In this document: piece by piece, positions 26,226 to 39,424 of the stretch
How the letters are laid out: each line of letters starts with the position of its first letter
How positions within the stretch are numbered: position 1 is the first letter of the stretch
Translations under genes and position numbers: made by a program
DNA from: Octopus sinensis
Taxonomy: Eukaryota
DNA: 64,000 nucleotides
Assembly: GCF_006345805.1 (NCBI RefSeq)
Contig: NC_043005.1
Location: forward strand, 99,138,001-99,202,000
Reading direction: 5' to 3'
Notes under the pieces: model-generated
Told to the model about the DNA's origin: nothing
The model's database searches: none
What the model saw: the letters and a program-made list of their open reading frames with translations, nothing else

Positions 26226-26894
26226 ATAATCATAATAATCCTTTCTACGAAAGGCACAAGGCCCGAAATTTTGGTGGGGAGGGAACTAGTCAATTACATT
26301 GACCCCCAGTGTTTCCTATCCTATCCTGCCTTTAACCCACCAACGCGGAGTATAGGCCACTTATAATTGAATTCCATGTCGCATAATTGTTGGCTTCTGT
26401 ACTTATACTCTGCCATGAATGTCCCCCTGTCTTTAGTTCCTTTTGTGTTGATCTACGCCATGAGTTCTTAGGCCTACCTTTTTTTCTATATCCCTCTGGA
26501 TTCCACTGTAAAGCACTTTTCGCTACATTTAGTGTGTCTTTTCTCATTGTGCTACCAATCCACTTCCACTTTTTCCTAAATATTTGCTCCCTAATCGAAA
26601 CTTGATTTGTTCTTTGCCATAGCTCCATATTGCTTATGTGTTGGGGCCATCCAATTTTAAGTAAACTACGCAAGCATCTGTTGATGAATGATTGTATTTG
26701 CTTATTTGACTTAACTATTGTTCACCATGTCTCAGGGGATAAATTCGAAGACCCCAGATGCTTAATTTTTTGACCCTGAAAGGATGAAAGGCAACGTCAA
26801 CCTTGGTGGAATTTGAACTCAGAATGTAGTGACAGGTGAAATATCACTAAGCATTTCACCCGGCATGCTAACTGTCCTGCCATCTCTCTGCCTT
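26226..26894 (-). mobile_element. SINE family B variant interrupted by a LINE fragment
   Basis: Head at about 26760-26894, tail at about 26226-26311; GACCCC(C)AG on both sides of the insert. Confidence 0.75.
26312..26735 (-). pseudogene. C-terminal fragment of a second RTE-clade family
   Basis: INRCLRSLLKIGWPQHISNMELWQRTNQ...KWKWIG...ALQWNPEGYRKKGRPKNSWRR; (GATAG)n tail. Confidence 0.85.
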
Positions 26895-27022
26895 AAACTA
26901 ATAATCATAATAATAGTTTCAAATCTTGGTGGGTCACCACTTTTGAGAGGAGGGTCAAGTTGATTACATTCATCTCAGTACTTGACTAATACCTTATTTT
27001 ATCATTCCAGAAAGGATGAAAG

Positions 27023-27415
27023 CAGGCACGTGCCATCAGTAATTACTCAGAGCAGGCAGTTGGCTCCCTTTATGAAGTAAAACACACAAATAATAAGAAA
27101 AACACAGGCATGTGGCTGAGTTGAAGGCAGATTTACTTCTGCCTTTATAGCATGTAAAGAAAACGGTGTTGTAGGAATGTACGCAGCATGTGTACTACAG
27201 CAGTACTATGTGTAGCTTAAATACTGAGATTGAAAAGCAGGGGTGAATTATGCCTACCTAACCTACAAAAGAATAATATATTTTGCATTTTATGCACAGT
27301 AATCATAATTTTATTGAATTAGGTGCATATTTTGCCATAAAAGGAAAATGTTGCTATTGATCTACTTTTCAAAGTTGGCACTGCCTACGTTGCCTACCTA
27401 GGCAGCATGTCCCTG
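27023..27415. mobile_element. Non-autonomous hAT element inserted in a decayed SINE
   Basis: CAGG...CCTG termini; exact 8-bp TSD GATGAAAG (27015-27022 and 27416-27423). Confidence 0.85.
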
Positions 27416-28122
27416 GATGAAAGGCAAGGTGGACCACAGCAGGATTTTAGCTCAAACCACAAAGAACTGGAAGGAATGGTGCTAAGCATTTTGTCTCACA
27501 TGCTAATGATTTTTCTCACCTACAACATTAGTAATAATAAAAACTACTAGTTGGACTTAAGAAAATTCCATATTTTATAAATTTATTTAAACGTTTTATT
27601 CTAAAAATGAATATTCAGAAATATATATATAAGTTTATAATAATAGCATAATAACAGTACCTTTATAAATTCACGTATATAGTAACAGGATGGTAAAATA
27701 ACTATTTCAAAAATGCAGCTAATAATATGAAAAAAAGCACTTATTATACATTAATAAATCTAGGTAAATGTAAAGTGAGAATAAAATATGTGCTACAAAA
27801 ACTTAAAACAAAATCAAAACGAACAAAACAAAAAAAATAAAGACAATTTTTGAGTTAGTCTTTGAACAAAGCACAATTTTGTCAGGTAAAAATTACTTAA
27901 TGTAGTTACAAATTACTTTTCTATATGGGAAAATAACTAGTGAACTTGGTGCTAACATATCTAATGTTATAAGCTGATGATAGGTTAGTAATGGAGGAAC
28001 TATAAACAGGAGGCATGTTGGCATGTACTTCCAAAGAGCCAGTTATGGGTGGAGATGCACTCATTGACATTGGTTTTATGCTTCAGTCATGCGGACAATA
28101 ACTTAAATAACTTACTAACTAT

Positions 28123-28870
28123 GAAGGCACATGGCAAAGTGGTTCAGGTGTTCCTCTCATGATCATAAGTTTGTGGTTTTGATTCCTGTACCAAGCCATG
28201 CATTGTGTTCTTGAGCAAGACACTTCATTTCACATTGCTTCAGTCCATTCAGCTGGCAAAAATGAGTATCGTAAATCCTCGAGTATATTCCGCATTTTTT
28301 CCCCAAAATTTAAAGCTCAAAATCCCTAGTGCGTACTATATATGAGGTTAAAAATGAAAAATATTTTCTAAGCAATGTCCGAGTCTCTATTTGCTGTCCG
28401 GCAATATTTATTCAGACACATTTTGTGATGTCGGGCATGAAAATACCTTAAGCTAAGCCTGAAAGCAATGAAGTCATAAAAGAATCATCCATAACTTGCA
28501 GTAAGCCACATTTATTAAACGTTATTACTGTTATTTCTTTATTTTCTGCAAACAAAATGCACAAAAAAGCTACACGTTTGCATTACGTCATACATACAAT
28601 AATAATAAAGGACGTTACTGTATACAGTTTTACAAACCAAGGACGTTATATAGACCTCCTTGAATCAAGTTAGGGGTGAATATTATACACAAGGTTTAGG
28701 TTTTTCAGAGGTACAGCCCCCTAAAAATCCCCTGCGTATTATACTTAAGGGCGGACTATACTCGAGGATTTATGGTAATCCTTCAATGGACTGGTGTTGC
28801 ATCCAGGGGTCTGAATATATGTCACAGAATCAGGTAAACAGGCCTTATGAGCCCATGGCTTGAGAAGGAC
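28123..28870 (+). mobile_element. SINE family D interrupted by a MITE
   Basis: Head and core 28123-28268; resumes ATCCTTCAATGGACTGG at 28778. Confidence 0.8.
28269..28775. mobile_element. Tc1/mariner-pogo type MITE
   Basis: TIR (C)GTAAATCCTCGAGTATA / TATACTCGAGGATTTATGG with flanking TA duplication. Confidence 0.88.
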
Positions 28871-28887
28871 CTTTAATATTTTACTTC

Positions 28888-29060
28888 AATGGTTCTCAAC
28901 TGGGGTCCATGTGGCCCTTGGGGGTTCATATAAGATTTAGTAATTAAAATTTATGTGCAATAAACTGATTATGCTTCTACAAAACAAAATATTCTAACAA
29001 TTTTTTTATACAATTCTTAATAATATTTAATTATAAAAACATTATAGGATTTTTATAAAC
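28888..29060. mobile_element. Partial hAT MITE, same family as 14717
   Basis: TGGTTCTCAACTGGGGTCCATGTGGCCC left end. Confidence 0.7.
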
Positions 29061-29061
29061 A

Positions 29062-29778
29062 TTGCGATGGTATGGTCATGTACTGCGGATGGATGAGGAG
29101 AGATGTGTGAAGAAGTGCCGCTCCCAAACAGTTGAAGGTATCAGGGGGAGAGATAGACCCAGGAAGATATGGGATGAGGTAGTCAAGCATGACCTCAGAG
29201 CGTTGGGCCTCACTGAGGCAATGGCGAAGGACCAAGATCTCTGGAGATATGCTGTGACTGCAAAGACCCGGGCTGCTTCCTGCACCAGTTCCGCATAGCC
29301 CCAGCGCATTCAAAGTACCTTGGATTTCAAAACATCCCGCTGTGCTTGACGAGACCTATTGAACATCGAAATAAATATCAATGGAAATAGTAGTTGTGAT
29401 ACCTGTGCCGGTGGCACATAAAAAGCACCATCCGAACGTGGCCGATGCCAGCGCCGCCTTGACTGGCTTCTGTGCCGGTGGCACATAAAAAGCACCATCT
29501 AAATGTGGCTGATGCCAGTACCGCCTTGACTGACTTCTGTGCTGGTGGCACGTTAAAAGCACCAACCGATCCTGGCCGCTGCCAGACTCCCCTGGCACTT
29601 GTGCTGGTGGCACGTAAAAAGCACCCACTACACTTGCGGAGTGGTTGGCATTAGGAAGGGCATCCAGCTGTATAAACACTGCCAGATCAGACTGGAGCCT
29701 GGTGCAGCCCCTGGCTTCCCAGACCCCGGTCTAGCACGGAAAATGGACGTTAAACGATGATGATGATGATGATGATGA
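29062..29778 (+). mobile_element. RTE 3' fragment, same family as the 49.4 kb element
   Basis: RWYGHVLRMDEERCVKKCRSQTVEGIRGR...SCTSSA*, UTR with hairpin array and (GAT)n. Confidence 0.93.
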
Positions 29779-29957
29779 TTGAATGGCTATGAGAGTCGAT
29801 CTGAGTAAAACAGGAATTAAAGTGGTTGATAGGCCAAATATGGTTGTGAACCACTGTTTTATTCGTTTGATGTTAATGTCCATTATTGACCCAGATGTTG
29901 CGCATTGTCCTTCATCAACATTACAGATAAAATACAATCTTAATAAGTCATGAGGTT

Positions 29958-30721
29958 TATTTGCCACCTAAACGTGGCTGACCCATGTGGGATGCTGCTG
30001 CTGTAGTTTATAGCCCCAGGAAGACATCTCCTTCAGCTGGTTAACGACACACTGTCTGTGCCCAATCAATATTTGCAAAGGAAAATCATCGTTCCCATCT
30101 CTAGCGTGACATGATACAGACGGACCCAGGTTTCAGGGTAGTAATCTGTCATCAGCACGTGACAATCACTAGCTAGGGTTGAGAAGTGATTCTGAACACA
30201 AAATACTATATGCTTTCTCTTGTAGCAAACCATTGCTGATCTTCAAAAAGGAGAAACAAGCAATATTAAATCTCTGAGCGAGATGTAAACGGTAGCAGCA
30301 CGACATCGTAAAGTATATTTGCCACCTAAATGTGGTCGACCCATATGGGACGATGCAACTGTAGTTTATAGCCCCAGGAAGACATCTCCTCCCGCTGCTC
30401 TTCCTGCTGCTACTGTTTACATCTTGCTCAGAGATTTAGTATTACTTATTTCTTCTTTTTCGAGATCAGTGACGGGTTGTCACTAGAAAAAGCATATAGT
30501 ATTTTGCATTCGAAATCACTTCTCATCCCTAGCCAGTGATTGCCACATGCTGATGATTTTGGAACGATGATTTCACTTTGCAAATACTAATCGGACACAG
30601 ATAGTGTGTTGTTAGCCAGCTGGAGGAGATGTCTTCCTGGGGCTATAAATTACAGTAGCATCGTGCCATATGGGTCAGCCACATTTGGGTCGCAAATATA
30701 CTTCACGATGTAATGCTGCTA
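29958..30721. repeat. Partial-tandem plus inverted ~358-bp unit (Penelope pseudo-LTR-like)
   Basis: Direct repeat 29958-30032 / 30316-30390; 30405-30721 is an inverted copy of the unit; hammerhead-core remnant at 30119-30155 (-). Confidence 0.8.
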
Positions 30722-31095
30722 CTCTTTTACTTGTTTCAGTCATTTGACTGCGGCCATGCTGGAGCACTGCCTTTAGTCAAGCAAATTGACCCCAGGACTT
30801 ATTCTTTGTAAGCCTAGTACTTACTCTATCGGTCTCTTTTGTTGAACCACTAAGTTGCAGGGCGTAAACACACCAGCATCGGTTGTCATACGATGTTGGG
30901 GGGACAAACACAGACACACACACATATATACATATACGATGGGCTTCTTTCAGTTTCCGTCTACCAAATCCACTCAAAAGGCTTTGGTCAGCCCGAGGCT
31001 ATAGTAGAAGACACTTGCCCAAGGTGCCAGGCAGTGGGACTGAACCCAGAACCATATGGTTGGTAAGCAAGCTACTTACCACACAGCCACTCCTA
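30721..31095 (-). mobile_element. SINE family C
   Basis: Full head, core and tail. Confidence 0.9.
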
Positions 31096-31970
31096 TGCCT
31101 GTTTACATCTCACTCAGAGATTTATTATTGCTTAATCTTAATAAGATTTGAACTTATGTTGTATGGAAATGCAAGTGAATATTGCAAAGCATTTAGTTTA
31201 GATTTTTGTAATTTGATTGTGAACAATGGATAATCATAATAAGTGTGGCTGCCCCTGCATTGCTTATGTTTTGGAATTAGATACTTGCAATTCATTGCTG
31301 CAAGTTGGTGCATGTGCACTTATTAACAGCTAGAATCACTGGACCATTGATCTATGTGATACTACCCAGTAATGAGGACAATATTTGAACTGCCAAGTCC
31401 TTCTAGTATTCAAACATTAATTTTATTATCTTGCAGCATGTATGGAAATGTGAAAATGAGTGTATGTGATATTCATATCATTCTCCAAAATATCAGTAGC
31501 TTGATAGGAATGAAAATAGCCAAGACTGGGAATTGAAATCAGCCAGAAGAGAAACTGTTCAGCTGAGAGAACGTTTTAAGTATTCCACCTTTGAGAAAAA
31601 TACTGGAAACATTGAAGATGAAAATACAATAGTAAGAAAAAAAACAATCAACAAACCAATTACATAAATGAATAAAAGATACGTAAATAAAAAAAAGAAA
31701 CAATATTAAAACAATCACAAAGAACATTTCTTATGGTTGGATGGAACAGGGGTGGATATAAAGAGTATAGAGGTGGAGAGCTGCAATGTAAAGAGATGGA
31801 ATATATGAAGATAGAAAGGGTAGATGTGAAAGGAAGGGATGGGTAGATGTGAAATATATAAAGTAAGCATGAAATGTAAAAACTGAAGAATTCTATAAAA
31901 GAATGAGAAACAAAACCTGATTGGAATCTGAAGATATTGTAGTGGTGTATATGAGAGGTGGAATGTGTGC

Positions 31971-32018
<48 letters not shown>

Positions 32019-32290
32019 ACATGTATCTATGCATTTGTGTAAGATTTATGAATATGTGCAATATGGTGCATATGTGCACACATGCTCACACTTGCAAAAT
32101 AAAAGTTCAGATATTTTATCTGATCAAGACAGTTTAAAAGTCAAATTGTGTGTGGAATACAATATGTGTATATGTGTATACATATATTTTTGCATGTGTG
32201 TATATATATTATTTATGTGTGTGTATATATATATATATATATACATAAATAATATGTATACACACATATTTATATATATATATATATATA

Positions 32291-32495
32291 TAAATATAAA
32301 TAAAATTATATTTCATGCATGTGTATGTGTGTGTACATATATATATGTATATATATATATATGCATATATATATGTGTATATATATATATATAGAGAGAG
32401 AGAGAAAGAATGCAATTATATGTATATATATATATATATATGTAAATATAAATAAAATTATTTTTTATGCATGTGTATGTGTGTGTGTACATATA

Positions 32496-32546
<51 letters not shown>

Positions 32547-32791
32547 CAATTATACGTGCAACTACATATATATATATATATATAAATATAAATAAAATTA
32601 TATTTCATGCATGTGTATGTGTGTGTACATATATATATGTATATATATATATATGCATATATATATGTGTATATATATATATATAGAGAGAGAGAGAAAG
32701 AATGCAATTATATGTATATATATATATATATGTAAATATAAATAAAATTATTTTTTATGCATGTGTATGTGTGTGTGTACATATATATATG

Positions 32792-32839
<48 letters not shown>

Positions 32840-32875
32840 CAATTATACGTGCAACTACATATATATATATATATA
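32291..32875. repeat. Higher-order tandem duplication of a compound microsatellite (292-bp period)
   Basis: TAAATATAAATAAAATTATATTTCATGCATG at 32291 and 32583; each unit has two ~150-bp subunits. Confidence 0.85.
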
Positions 32876-33951
32876 AATATATGTAAATATATGTACCTAT
32901 CTATGTATTATATATGTGTAGGTGTGTGTGTGTATATATATATACACACACACAAACGCACACACAATGTTCTGTTAGTGCATGCCTCTCAATCTGTTTA
33001 TCACTGAATAGTAGTAGTATGTATGTGTGTGTGTGTGTGTGAGTACATATGTGTGTGTGTGTGTGTGTGTGTGAGTACATATGTGTGTGTGTGTGTGCGA
33101 GTGTGTTTTTCTTTTTAGCCCAAACACTCTGCATTGCTCATTTCTCTTCACCATTGATTCAATGATTGTTATCATTTATTCCTCTAATTCTGCACAACTG
33201 CTGCAATATATGCAACAACTGTGCTGCTGACATCAGCAGATCGCAACATTAGTGTATCCTTACAAAATATCAAATGTTATAGCTTTTTTTTTTTGCTGTT
33301 GTTGTTGTTTTTGTTATATTGGTAAATGAAAACAGATTCTGTCCCCCTTCCTCGCCACCATCTTGCATTCAGTTATTTCTTTTGTGTTTCTCTTTAAAAA
33401 GCAAATAAAAATATATTTCAATTTATTTAAAATGATAATTCCATTTGGAATATATTTCCAGCACAATTTTCGACTGAAAGTCTGTGCTATATTTTCCCAT
33501 CTCTTGAATTGAAACAATGATCTTGGAAATAGTCCAGCAGCTGGGTTAGTGGGGAGAAATGAAATGGATTGGTTGCCACTGACGAAAGTGGGGTTTAAGT
33601 TGAGGAAACAGATATTTAATGGCAAAAAAAAAAATGGAAAAAATAAAACCAAATCAAAGCAAACACTTCTGTTGACTGTAGAAGAAGGGATAGATTCAAA
33701 AATGGTTTGCAGAGATATAGGAATTGTTGAAAGATAGTAATGATGGAAGAAAAATTGTAGAAATGGATGTATAAAGTAGGATAAAAATACCAATGGAAGA
33801 AAGATTAATTTAATGCTGTTGAATTTGTTAGTATCATTTTAAGGTTAAATATCAAAAATTCGTCATTAGTGACTGAAGTAGATTTGTTTAATGTGGATTT
33901 ACTGTAGAAAGCCACACAGCTGTGGTATTTGTCTTAAGAAAGCATTTTGTA

Positions 33952-34166
33952 TGAGGGAGTGCTGTAAAGTGCCTGGCTTTAAGGTAAAAGAAAATACAGG
34001 AGGATCACTTAGTTATGATTTTATTGAATGTATTTCCCTCTCAGATTCACACAGTTATTGCAGAGGTCCTTTAGTTTTTCTAAGCCTGTGAAAGAACTTG
34101 AAAGTTTGGGCCTCAACCAAGCCTTTTATAATGCCGTTAGAGCCAGGACATTTCAACAACCCCTCG
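33952..34166. mobile_element. Mariner-like MITE
   Basis: TA|TGAGGGAGTGCTGTAAAGTGCCTGGC ... GCCAGGACATTTCAACAACCCCTCG; homolog of 21636. Confidence 0.75.
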
Positions 34167-34167
34167 T

Positions 34168-34560
34168 CATCATCATTTAACGTCTGCTTTCCATGCTAGC
34201 ATGGGTTGGACGAACCAGATGGCTGCACCAGGCTCCAATCTTGATCTGGCAGAGTTTCTACAGCTGGATGCCCTTCCTAATGCCAACCACTTTGAGAATG
34301 TAGTGGGTACTTTTACGTGCCACCAGCACGAGGGCCAGTCAGGTGGTACTAGCAACGACTATGCTCAAACAGTGTTTTTTATGTGCCACCCGCAGAGGAG
34401 CCAGTCCAGCGGCACTGGCAACGACCTTGCTCCAATGTATTTTCACGTGCCACCAGCACAAGTGCTAGTAAGATAACGCAGGTAATGATCACCCTCGAAT
34501 GGTGTTTTTAACATGCCATCGGCATGGAGGCCAGCTTGTTGCTCTTGCAATGATCTCACC
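34168..34560 (-). mobile_element. RTE 3' UTR fragment with decayed repeat units
   Basis: (CAT)n tail and tail motifs. Confidence 0.85.
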
Positions 34561-35559
34561 CGTCTCTTGTATATCTAAAAAGCTCAGAAGAATCCCTGCT
34601 GCTTCTGGACAATTTTCATCTACTGCTGATGTTTTTATGTGCTTTCTAATACTATTTATTTTATATGAGATGCTTTCTTGAGACAAAGAAGTTTTATTAA
34701 TGTAAGGCATCACCCTTACTTCATATTTGGCAAAAAAGTCAGTTTTGTGTCATTAAAAACAGAGAGTAGGGATAACATAGAACAGACCTTTTTGTCATGC
34801 AAGGCAACCCTTTTACGACCAGTGTCACAATAATCAGCTCTCTGCACCCTCTGTAATGTGCTTTCTGATAAGAAGAGCTTTCAGCTATAAAAACCATGTC
34901 AAACAGAACATTTGAGTGAAATGTTGTCCTTCAACCTGTCTATGAGGATAGCAAATTTAAATAAGAAATGACCTGTCCCATGATAATCCATCCAACCGAT
35001 ACTTAGCAGAAATAAAGTAATGATATTTACTAATAGAGGTGCCACTCCACCTTTTCAACCATTGTTACTGTTTCTCATACCATCGACTGCTAACCTGAAG
35101 ACTATTTACAGAACAGCCATTATTTTTATCGGCACCAGCCTCTCTCACCCTGTCCCTATCTTCATTAAATAACTCAATGTTGAATCAATGATGGAAACTC
35201 TGTGTAGTTACTTGATCTGGAGGAAGTAATACCCAAATCTACCTGTAATTACAACCTTTTGAATTCAGACAGAAAAGATATATAGGTTAACGCAATCTCA
35301 AAGATGGTAGGATTATGGATGGAACTCTTTAAATTCCTTTGATCATAGATCTAATGGAATTTGGAGTTAAATAACAGTAACAACAGAATATAAGATGCCA
35401 CAAGTACATGTGAAATATTTGCATGGATAATGTACTTAATAATTAGCTTATTGGCCTTCACTTCAAAACTACTGGAGGCTTTGTTGTGTATATGGAAAAT
35501 ATCAATTTATCTACCTGTTAAAAATAGATACCACATCATCTGGCAGTTTCATCAGGATC

Positions 35560-37335
35560 ATATCTAACCTGCATCATTGAGATCATATCTGGCATGTGTT
35601 GTCAGGGCCCTATTTGGCCTGTGTTACTGGGACCATATCTGGTCTATGTTAATGGACCATATCTAGTTCATGTTATTGGGACCATATTTGCCTTGTGTTA
35701 TTGGGACCATATCTGGCCTGTGTTATTGGGATCATATCTGGCCTGTGTTATTGGGACCATATCTAGCCTGTGTTAATGGGAAACATACCAGGCCTGTGTT
35801 ATTGGGACCATATCTGGCCTGTGTTATTGGGACCATATCTAGCCTGTGTTATTGGGACCATATCTAGCCTGTGTTAATGGGAAACATACCAGGCCTGTGT
35901 TATTGGGACCATATCTGGCCTGTGTTATTGGGACCATATCTGGCCTGTGTTATTGGGACCATATCTGGCTTGTGTTATTGGGACCATATCTGGCCTGTGT
36001 TATTGGGATCATATCTGACCTGTGTTATTGGGACCATATCTGGCTTGCGTTATTGGGACCATATCTGGCCTGTGTTATTGGGACCATATCTGGCCTGTGT
36101 TATTGGGACCATATCTGGCCTGTGTTATTGGGACCATATCTGGCCTGTGTTATTGGGATCATATCTGGCCTGTGTTATTGGGACCATATCTGGTCTATGT
36201 TAATGGACCATATCTAGTTCATGTTATTGGGACCATATTTGCCTTGTGTTATTGGGACCATATCTGGCCTGTGTTATTGGGACCATATCTGGCCTGTGTT
36301 ATTGGGATCATATCTGGCCTGTGTTATTGGGACCATATCTGGCCTGTGTTATTGGGACCATATCTAGCCTGTGTTATTGGGACCATATCTGGCCTGTGTT
36401 ATTGGGACCATATCTAGCCTGTGTGAATGGGAAACATACCAGGCCTGTGTTATTGGGACCATATCTGGCCTGTGTTATTGGGACCATATTTGGCTTGTGT
36501 TATTGGGACCATATCTGGCCTGTGTTATTGGGACCATATCTGGCCTGTGTTATTGGGACCATATCTAGCCTGTGTTAATGGGAAACATACCAGGCCTGTG
36601 TTATTGGGACCATATCTGGCCTGTGTTATTGGGACCATATTTGGCTTGTGTTATTGGGACCATATCTGGCCTGTGTTATTGGGACCATATCTAGCCTGTG
36701 TTATTGGGACCATATCTAGCCTGTGTTAATGGGAAACATACCAGGCCTGTGTTATTGGGACCATATCTGGCCTGTGTTATTGGAACCATATCTGGCCTGT
36801 GTTATTGGGACCATATCTGGCTTGTGTTATTGGGACCATATCTGGCTTGTGTTATTGGGACCATATCTGGCCTGTGTTATTGGGACCATATCTGGCCTGT
36901 GTTATTGGGATCATATCTGGCCTGTGTTATTGGGACCATATCTGGCTTGCGTTATTGGGACCATATCTGGCCTGTGTTATTGGGACCATATCTGGCCTGT
37001 GTTATTGGGACCATATCTGGCCTGTGTTATTGGGATCATATCTGGCCTGTGTTATTGGGACCATATCTGGCCTGTGTTATTGGGATCATATCTGGCCTGT
37101 GTTATTGGGACAATATCTGGCTTGCGTTATTGGGACAATATCTGGCCTGTGTTATTGGGACCATATCTGGCCTGTGTTATTGGGACCATATCTGGCCTGT
37201 GTTATTGGGACCATATCTGGCCTGTGTTATTGGGACCATATCTGGCCTGTGTTATTGGGACCATATCTGGCCTGTGTTATTGGGACCATATCTGGCCTGT
37301 GTTATTGGGACCATATCTGGCCTGTGTTATTGGAA
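35560..37335. repeat. 25-bp minisatellite, about 70 units (GGGACCATATCTGGCCTGTGTTATT)
   Basis: Directly visible; 26-bp and 24-bp variant units; decayed units at the left edge. Confidence 0.98.
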
Positions 37336-37860
37336 TCACTCAGCCTATGTTACAAGAAAGATATTAGTAGCATATTCAGGAGAAACTTTATCTCACATCT
37401 ACTAAATGTTATGAAATAGTATTAGCAACACAGATACTATCAACAATATTGGCAGTATTAGCAACAGAGGCAGAATTATCAAACATCAAAGAGTGAAATA
37501 TCTACAAATGGAGTGTCAACTCATCCCAGATTAAATTAATCTTTTGCTATATTAATGCAGGCTTATAATATCTCTATGAGAAATATTTCTGTATGATATC
37601 AATACCTTCTGTTTTTGTCAGCCTTTCAAAAAACAGGTGTATTGTTGCATTGGAACAGTTCAGTTAGGAAAAGTTGGATTTTTAAATTCACTTATTCTTG
37701 ACAATGTTTTTTTTTCTAATTATCTGAAAATCAGGGGTGCGAATCTATAGCATGTGCAGTGCTTAACTGCAGCATTTGTGGTATCAAAATGTGGCTTTTG
37801 CCAGATTAAGTATGGCTTTTGCAGTGCCTAAAAGTACTCTATATCATACTTAAGCCTGGG

Positions 37861-38094
37861 TAAGGCGGCGAGCTGGCAGAAATGTTAGCGTGCCGGGCGA
37901 AATGCTTAGTGGTATTTCGTCTGTCGTTACGTCCTGAGTTCAAATTCCGCCGAGGTCGACTTTGCCTTTCATCCTTTCGGGGTTGATAAATTAAGTACCA
38001 GTTTCGCACTGGGGTCAATGTAATTGACTTAATCCTTTTGTCTGTCCTTGTTTGTCCCCTCTATGTTTAGCCCCTTGTGGGTAGTAAAGAAATA
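37861..38094 (+). mobile_element. Young SINE family B with 20-bp TSD
   Basis: TSD TATATCATACTTAAGCCTGG at 37840-37859 and 38095-38114. Confidence 0.95.
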
Positions 38095-38600
38095 TATATC
38101 ATACTTAAGCCTGGATTTTCCTTAAATATTACACTGGCTTGGTTTTTATTCTATAGTATTATATTTGATTAAAGAATTTAGTAGAAATTGAATTAACTCC
38201 TGCAAGATCTGAGCTCAGTACACAGACATCCAGAACTCTATGGTGCTAATGTACAGAATTTATTATGCAAACTGGATTCTTATTATATGAGTTACTCACT
38301 CTCCTTGTAGAGGAACAATGAGTTTGATGAAGTAAATGAAATATGGAAATATCTCCAAAACCTGAAAGTAGGATTGAATATATTATTTTATTCCATTGTA
38401 TAACTCAAAATCTGTTTTGTGCTGTCCCAAAGAATGCATTTTACATAAAAATTCTTTCCTATTGTTATATTTCAGGAGGGTAATTTTTTTATTTTTTGGT
38501 AAAAAAAAAGAAGAAAAAAATGATTATCCTGAAATCTAAGAATATCTGTTTCAACACATGGCTTCACGTCAGAAATCTTACAAAATAAAATCATATGTCT

Positions 38601-38930
38601 GGCACCTTGGGCAAGTGTCTTCTACAATAGCCTCGGGCTGACCAAAGCCTTGTGAGTGGATTTGGTAGGCGGAAACTCAAAGAAGCCCGTTGTATATATG
38701 TATATATATTTATGTGTGTATATGTTTGTGTGTCTGTGTTTGTCCCCATAGCATTGCTTGACAACCGATGCTGGTGTGTTTATGTCCCCGTCACTTAGTG
38801 GTTCGGCAAAAGAGACTGATAGAATAAGTACTGGGCTTACAAAGAATAATTCCCAGGGTCAATTTGCTCGACTAAAGGTGGTGCTCCAGCATGGCCACAG
38901 TCAAATGACTGAAACAAAAGAGAGTAAGAG
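38601..38930 (+). mobile_element. 5'-truncated SINE family C
   Basis: Begins at GGCACCTTGGGCAAGTG; standard tail. Confidence 0.88.
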
Positions 38931-39424
38931 CATGTTCTTTACCATCCTTTTCTGTGATAGGACATGTATTGCAAATATATCTTCCTACTGGTATATTCGA
39001 TAGGTTGCCCTGCTATCTCTCTGGCTTTAAGAACTGCTGACCAATCTTTGATATGAAATATAAAAGTAGTAGCGGCTGCTTATAGAATAATAAAACTGCA
39101 AACTGAAAAGAACGGGTAACTTTATTGGAACAATGCATTGAGGATGTCTGCCGGGTGATATTGAAGGAGAAATGAGAACGCAGTAAGGATAGGTGTTAGG
39201 CTGGAATGTTTCATAGATTAGATAACACAAGATTGTGAAGAATGTATTGAATTGTAAATCCACACAGCTCACATCAACATATAAAAACTGATGTGAAAAT
39301 CATTGCTTCAGTAGGGTGGGGCAACAACAGCTCTCTCATCAACGTTGCTGTGCTCTTTTGGTATTGACCAGTTAACCAGTTTCATATTGCTTTATAAATA
39401 CTGTTGTTTTTTTTGTTTGTTTCT

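Noticed and set aside
35560-37335. CRISPR-like array
   Set aside because: Units are contiguous with no unique spacers, there are no cas genes, and the context is eukaryotic.
35594-37419. Long overlapping ORFs repeating GTISGLCYWDHIWPVLLGPYLACVI
   Set aside because: A 25-bp unit with no plus-strand stop triplet is open in all three frames by arithmetic; variant units add stops and frame shifts freely.
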